DNA of 64,000 nucleotides, from the NCBI RefSeq assembly GCF_964355755.1, contig NC_092673.1, positions 27,277,648-27,341,647 of the forward strand. The letters run 5' to 3'. Positions 62,437 to 64,000 of the stretch are shown here, piece by piece. Source of the DNA: Antedon mediterranea (Eukaryota; Animalia; Echinodermata). Numbering within the stretch: position 1 is the first letter of the stretch; every line of letters starts with the position of its first letter. A program made the translations under genes and the position numbers. A model generated the notes under the pieces. The model was not told where the DNA came from and did not search any database. It worked only from the letters and a program-made list of their open reading frames with translations.

Positions 62437-64000
62437 CTAGACATGTAACTCGTCACTTTGACGAGTTTGGTTATCCGCCGCGCAAGTGGTGCAACATTAA
62501 CATTAAGGGGATAGGTTGAGGACAAAAGGAAGTGTTCACGTTGGCATTATGACCTGAACTGAAGAATATGATATGTTTGTTATTGCTGAATTTTATTATT
62601 TAAATTCATATATAGTATACACAGTATAATCTGTATCCATATCACATACAGTGTAGAATAGGTGAAATTACGGGACCCGCTATTTATTGCAATTTTTAAC
62701 ATGTTGACGGTTTTAAAATGAAACGCGAAGATAGCAATTCCGAAAGGAAATTATCTCAGCAACAACGTATTAGCGTGTAGAAGAAATTTGAATACGTGAA
62801 ATATTGATGCGCGCTCTTTTAAATGTAATGAATTATGACGCAAAAGATGAAAATACGACCTTTTTTATTTAACTGGCCATATAATGACGTCACAACATCC
62901 GATTGGCAACATTTTTACATAATTTCGTATCTACAATCCAATAGCTTCCAGAAAAAGTTTTAATCGTGATTATCACATTTTATTCTTTCGAGCTATAACA
63001 GATTAAAATTTACTGTAAAGATGAAATTGATGCCACACGTGATTTAAATTTTTAGGCATGATGACGTCAAAAAAATTAAAATATTTTTAACTCATGCGAA
63101 AGATAGTTGATTGACCTAGACAATATCAAAATCGGGGTGAAAATGGAAATCGGATAAGTGGAGATGCGCTCTATTCAATGTGATGAGCTATGACGAATGA
63201 TACAAAAATCCTAAATTTTATATTCGCGTGGCCATACGATGACGTCACTAGGTCCGGTTAGCCATATTAATACCTGATCCGATATCTATAACTCATCTAC
63301 TTCTAGAATATGTCATCCACAAAAATTTGACCGTTTAGGTTAGAAATTACGACTGTTTAAAAAAAGGCATATTTTAAACGAATTTTTTAACCTTTTCATA
63401 AAAAACGCGCGCAAATTGTCCAATTCGACGTGCTCGTATGACGTATCTTTAAGTCGAAATTGTTTAAAATTTGGTAAAATTACTAGAAAAGGCTGGAAAA
63501 ACATAAATTACGCAAAAAAAATACGTTTTCGATGCTACGTGCGCACCGCACACGTAAAAATGTGCGCACGCGTGGGAATTGTTGACATGCTTAAAACGAC
63601 ATGAAACGCGTAGAAAGTTGATTAAAAATTAATTTTGCGCATTTTGAAATTTTATATGCGTGTGCGCGCGTAACTTTGTGTAAAATACGCAATTTTTTTT
63701 CAACAGAAAGTTAGCGCATGATATAAATTAAACTTTTGCAAAGTTTCAAGTTGAAATGTTATTTGGTTGTCGAGCTATGTTAAATACGACAAAATCGTTA
63801 AATCGCGCGTAAGTCACGTTGCGCAATTGTAAACATCATGAAAAGCTTCGCTGCACATCTTCATGTGCACGACGATATGTTGAGAAAGTTACAAAATGTT
63901 ATGTTTGCAAGTTTTCGAGAAAAGCGTTCCACAAAAATCATACAGAAAGAAAGAAGAGAAATAAAAAGTTGATGTTGATGATGATTTCGTACAATCACAA
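62437..64000 (-). mobile_element. HINE-like copy 36 (subfamily C; runs off the window edge)
   Basis: Subfamily C diagnostic start; tail reaches gatttcgtacaatcacaa at 64000. Confidence 0.83.

Larger units (their letters stand above)
29..64000 (-). repeat. Head-to-tail/nested array of ~36 non-autonomous Helentron/HINE-like rolling-circle elements
   Basis: Plus-strand motif a|ctaga(catg/tttg/..)aactcgtc-N5-7-gacgagtt..gttatccgc recurs every 1.1-1.8 kb, always in the same orientation; no unique host DNA between copies; no TSDs. Confidence 0.88.

Noticed and set aside
42770-63604. Recurring 62-70 aa ORFs (MSNSTCSYDV..., MLFGFRHML..., MRNCKRHEK...)
   Set aside because: They recur only because the DNA repeat recurs. 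Many start at TTG, are broken by frameshifts or stops in other copies, and show no recognisable domain.
160-64000. rDNA, histone or snRNA tandem gene cluster, or integron-like cassette array
   Set aside because: No rRNA, histone or snRNA similarity recognised; units carry no ORF cargo, no integrase is present, and the hairpins lack attC organisation.

Overview
AT-rich, non-coding eukaryotic (probably marine invertebrate) repeat locus. Almost the whole window is an uninterrupted, single-orientation array of 36 (manual count) non-autonomous rolling-circle elements of the Helentron/HINE (DINE-1-like, Helitron2-type) kind, each 1.1-1.8 kb and read on the minus strand. Each has a 5' GTTATCCGC-loop-GCGGATAAC hairpin/subTIR and a 3' subTIR + AACTCGTC/GACGAGTT hairpin + CTAG. 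The array is not a simple satellite. New copies sit inside the T-rich tract 30-70 bp from the 5' end of older copies, so the displaced 5' hairpin ends pile up in stacks, and several can be rejoined to their bodies 1.6-20 kb away in last-in-first-out order. There are at least four subfamilies, one carrying a tRNA-derived Pol III cassette and one forming a recent 11-copy, 17.4-kb homogeneous block. One copy is split by an 8.1-kb non-autonomous TIR transposon (CCCAGTGGGCA ends, TA duplication, 61-bp and 112-bp subterminal satellites) that itself contains two MITEs and a duplication/inversion. No credible protein-coding gene is present. Family names come from terminal structure only; no database search was run.
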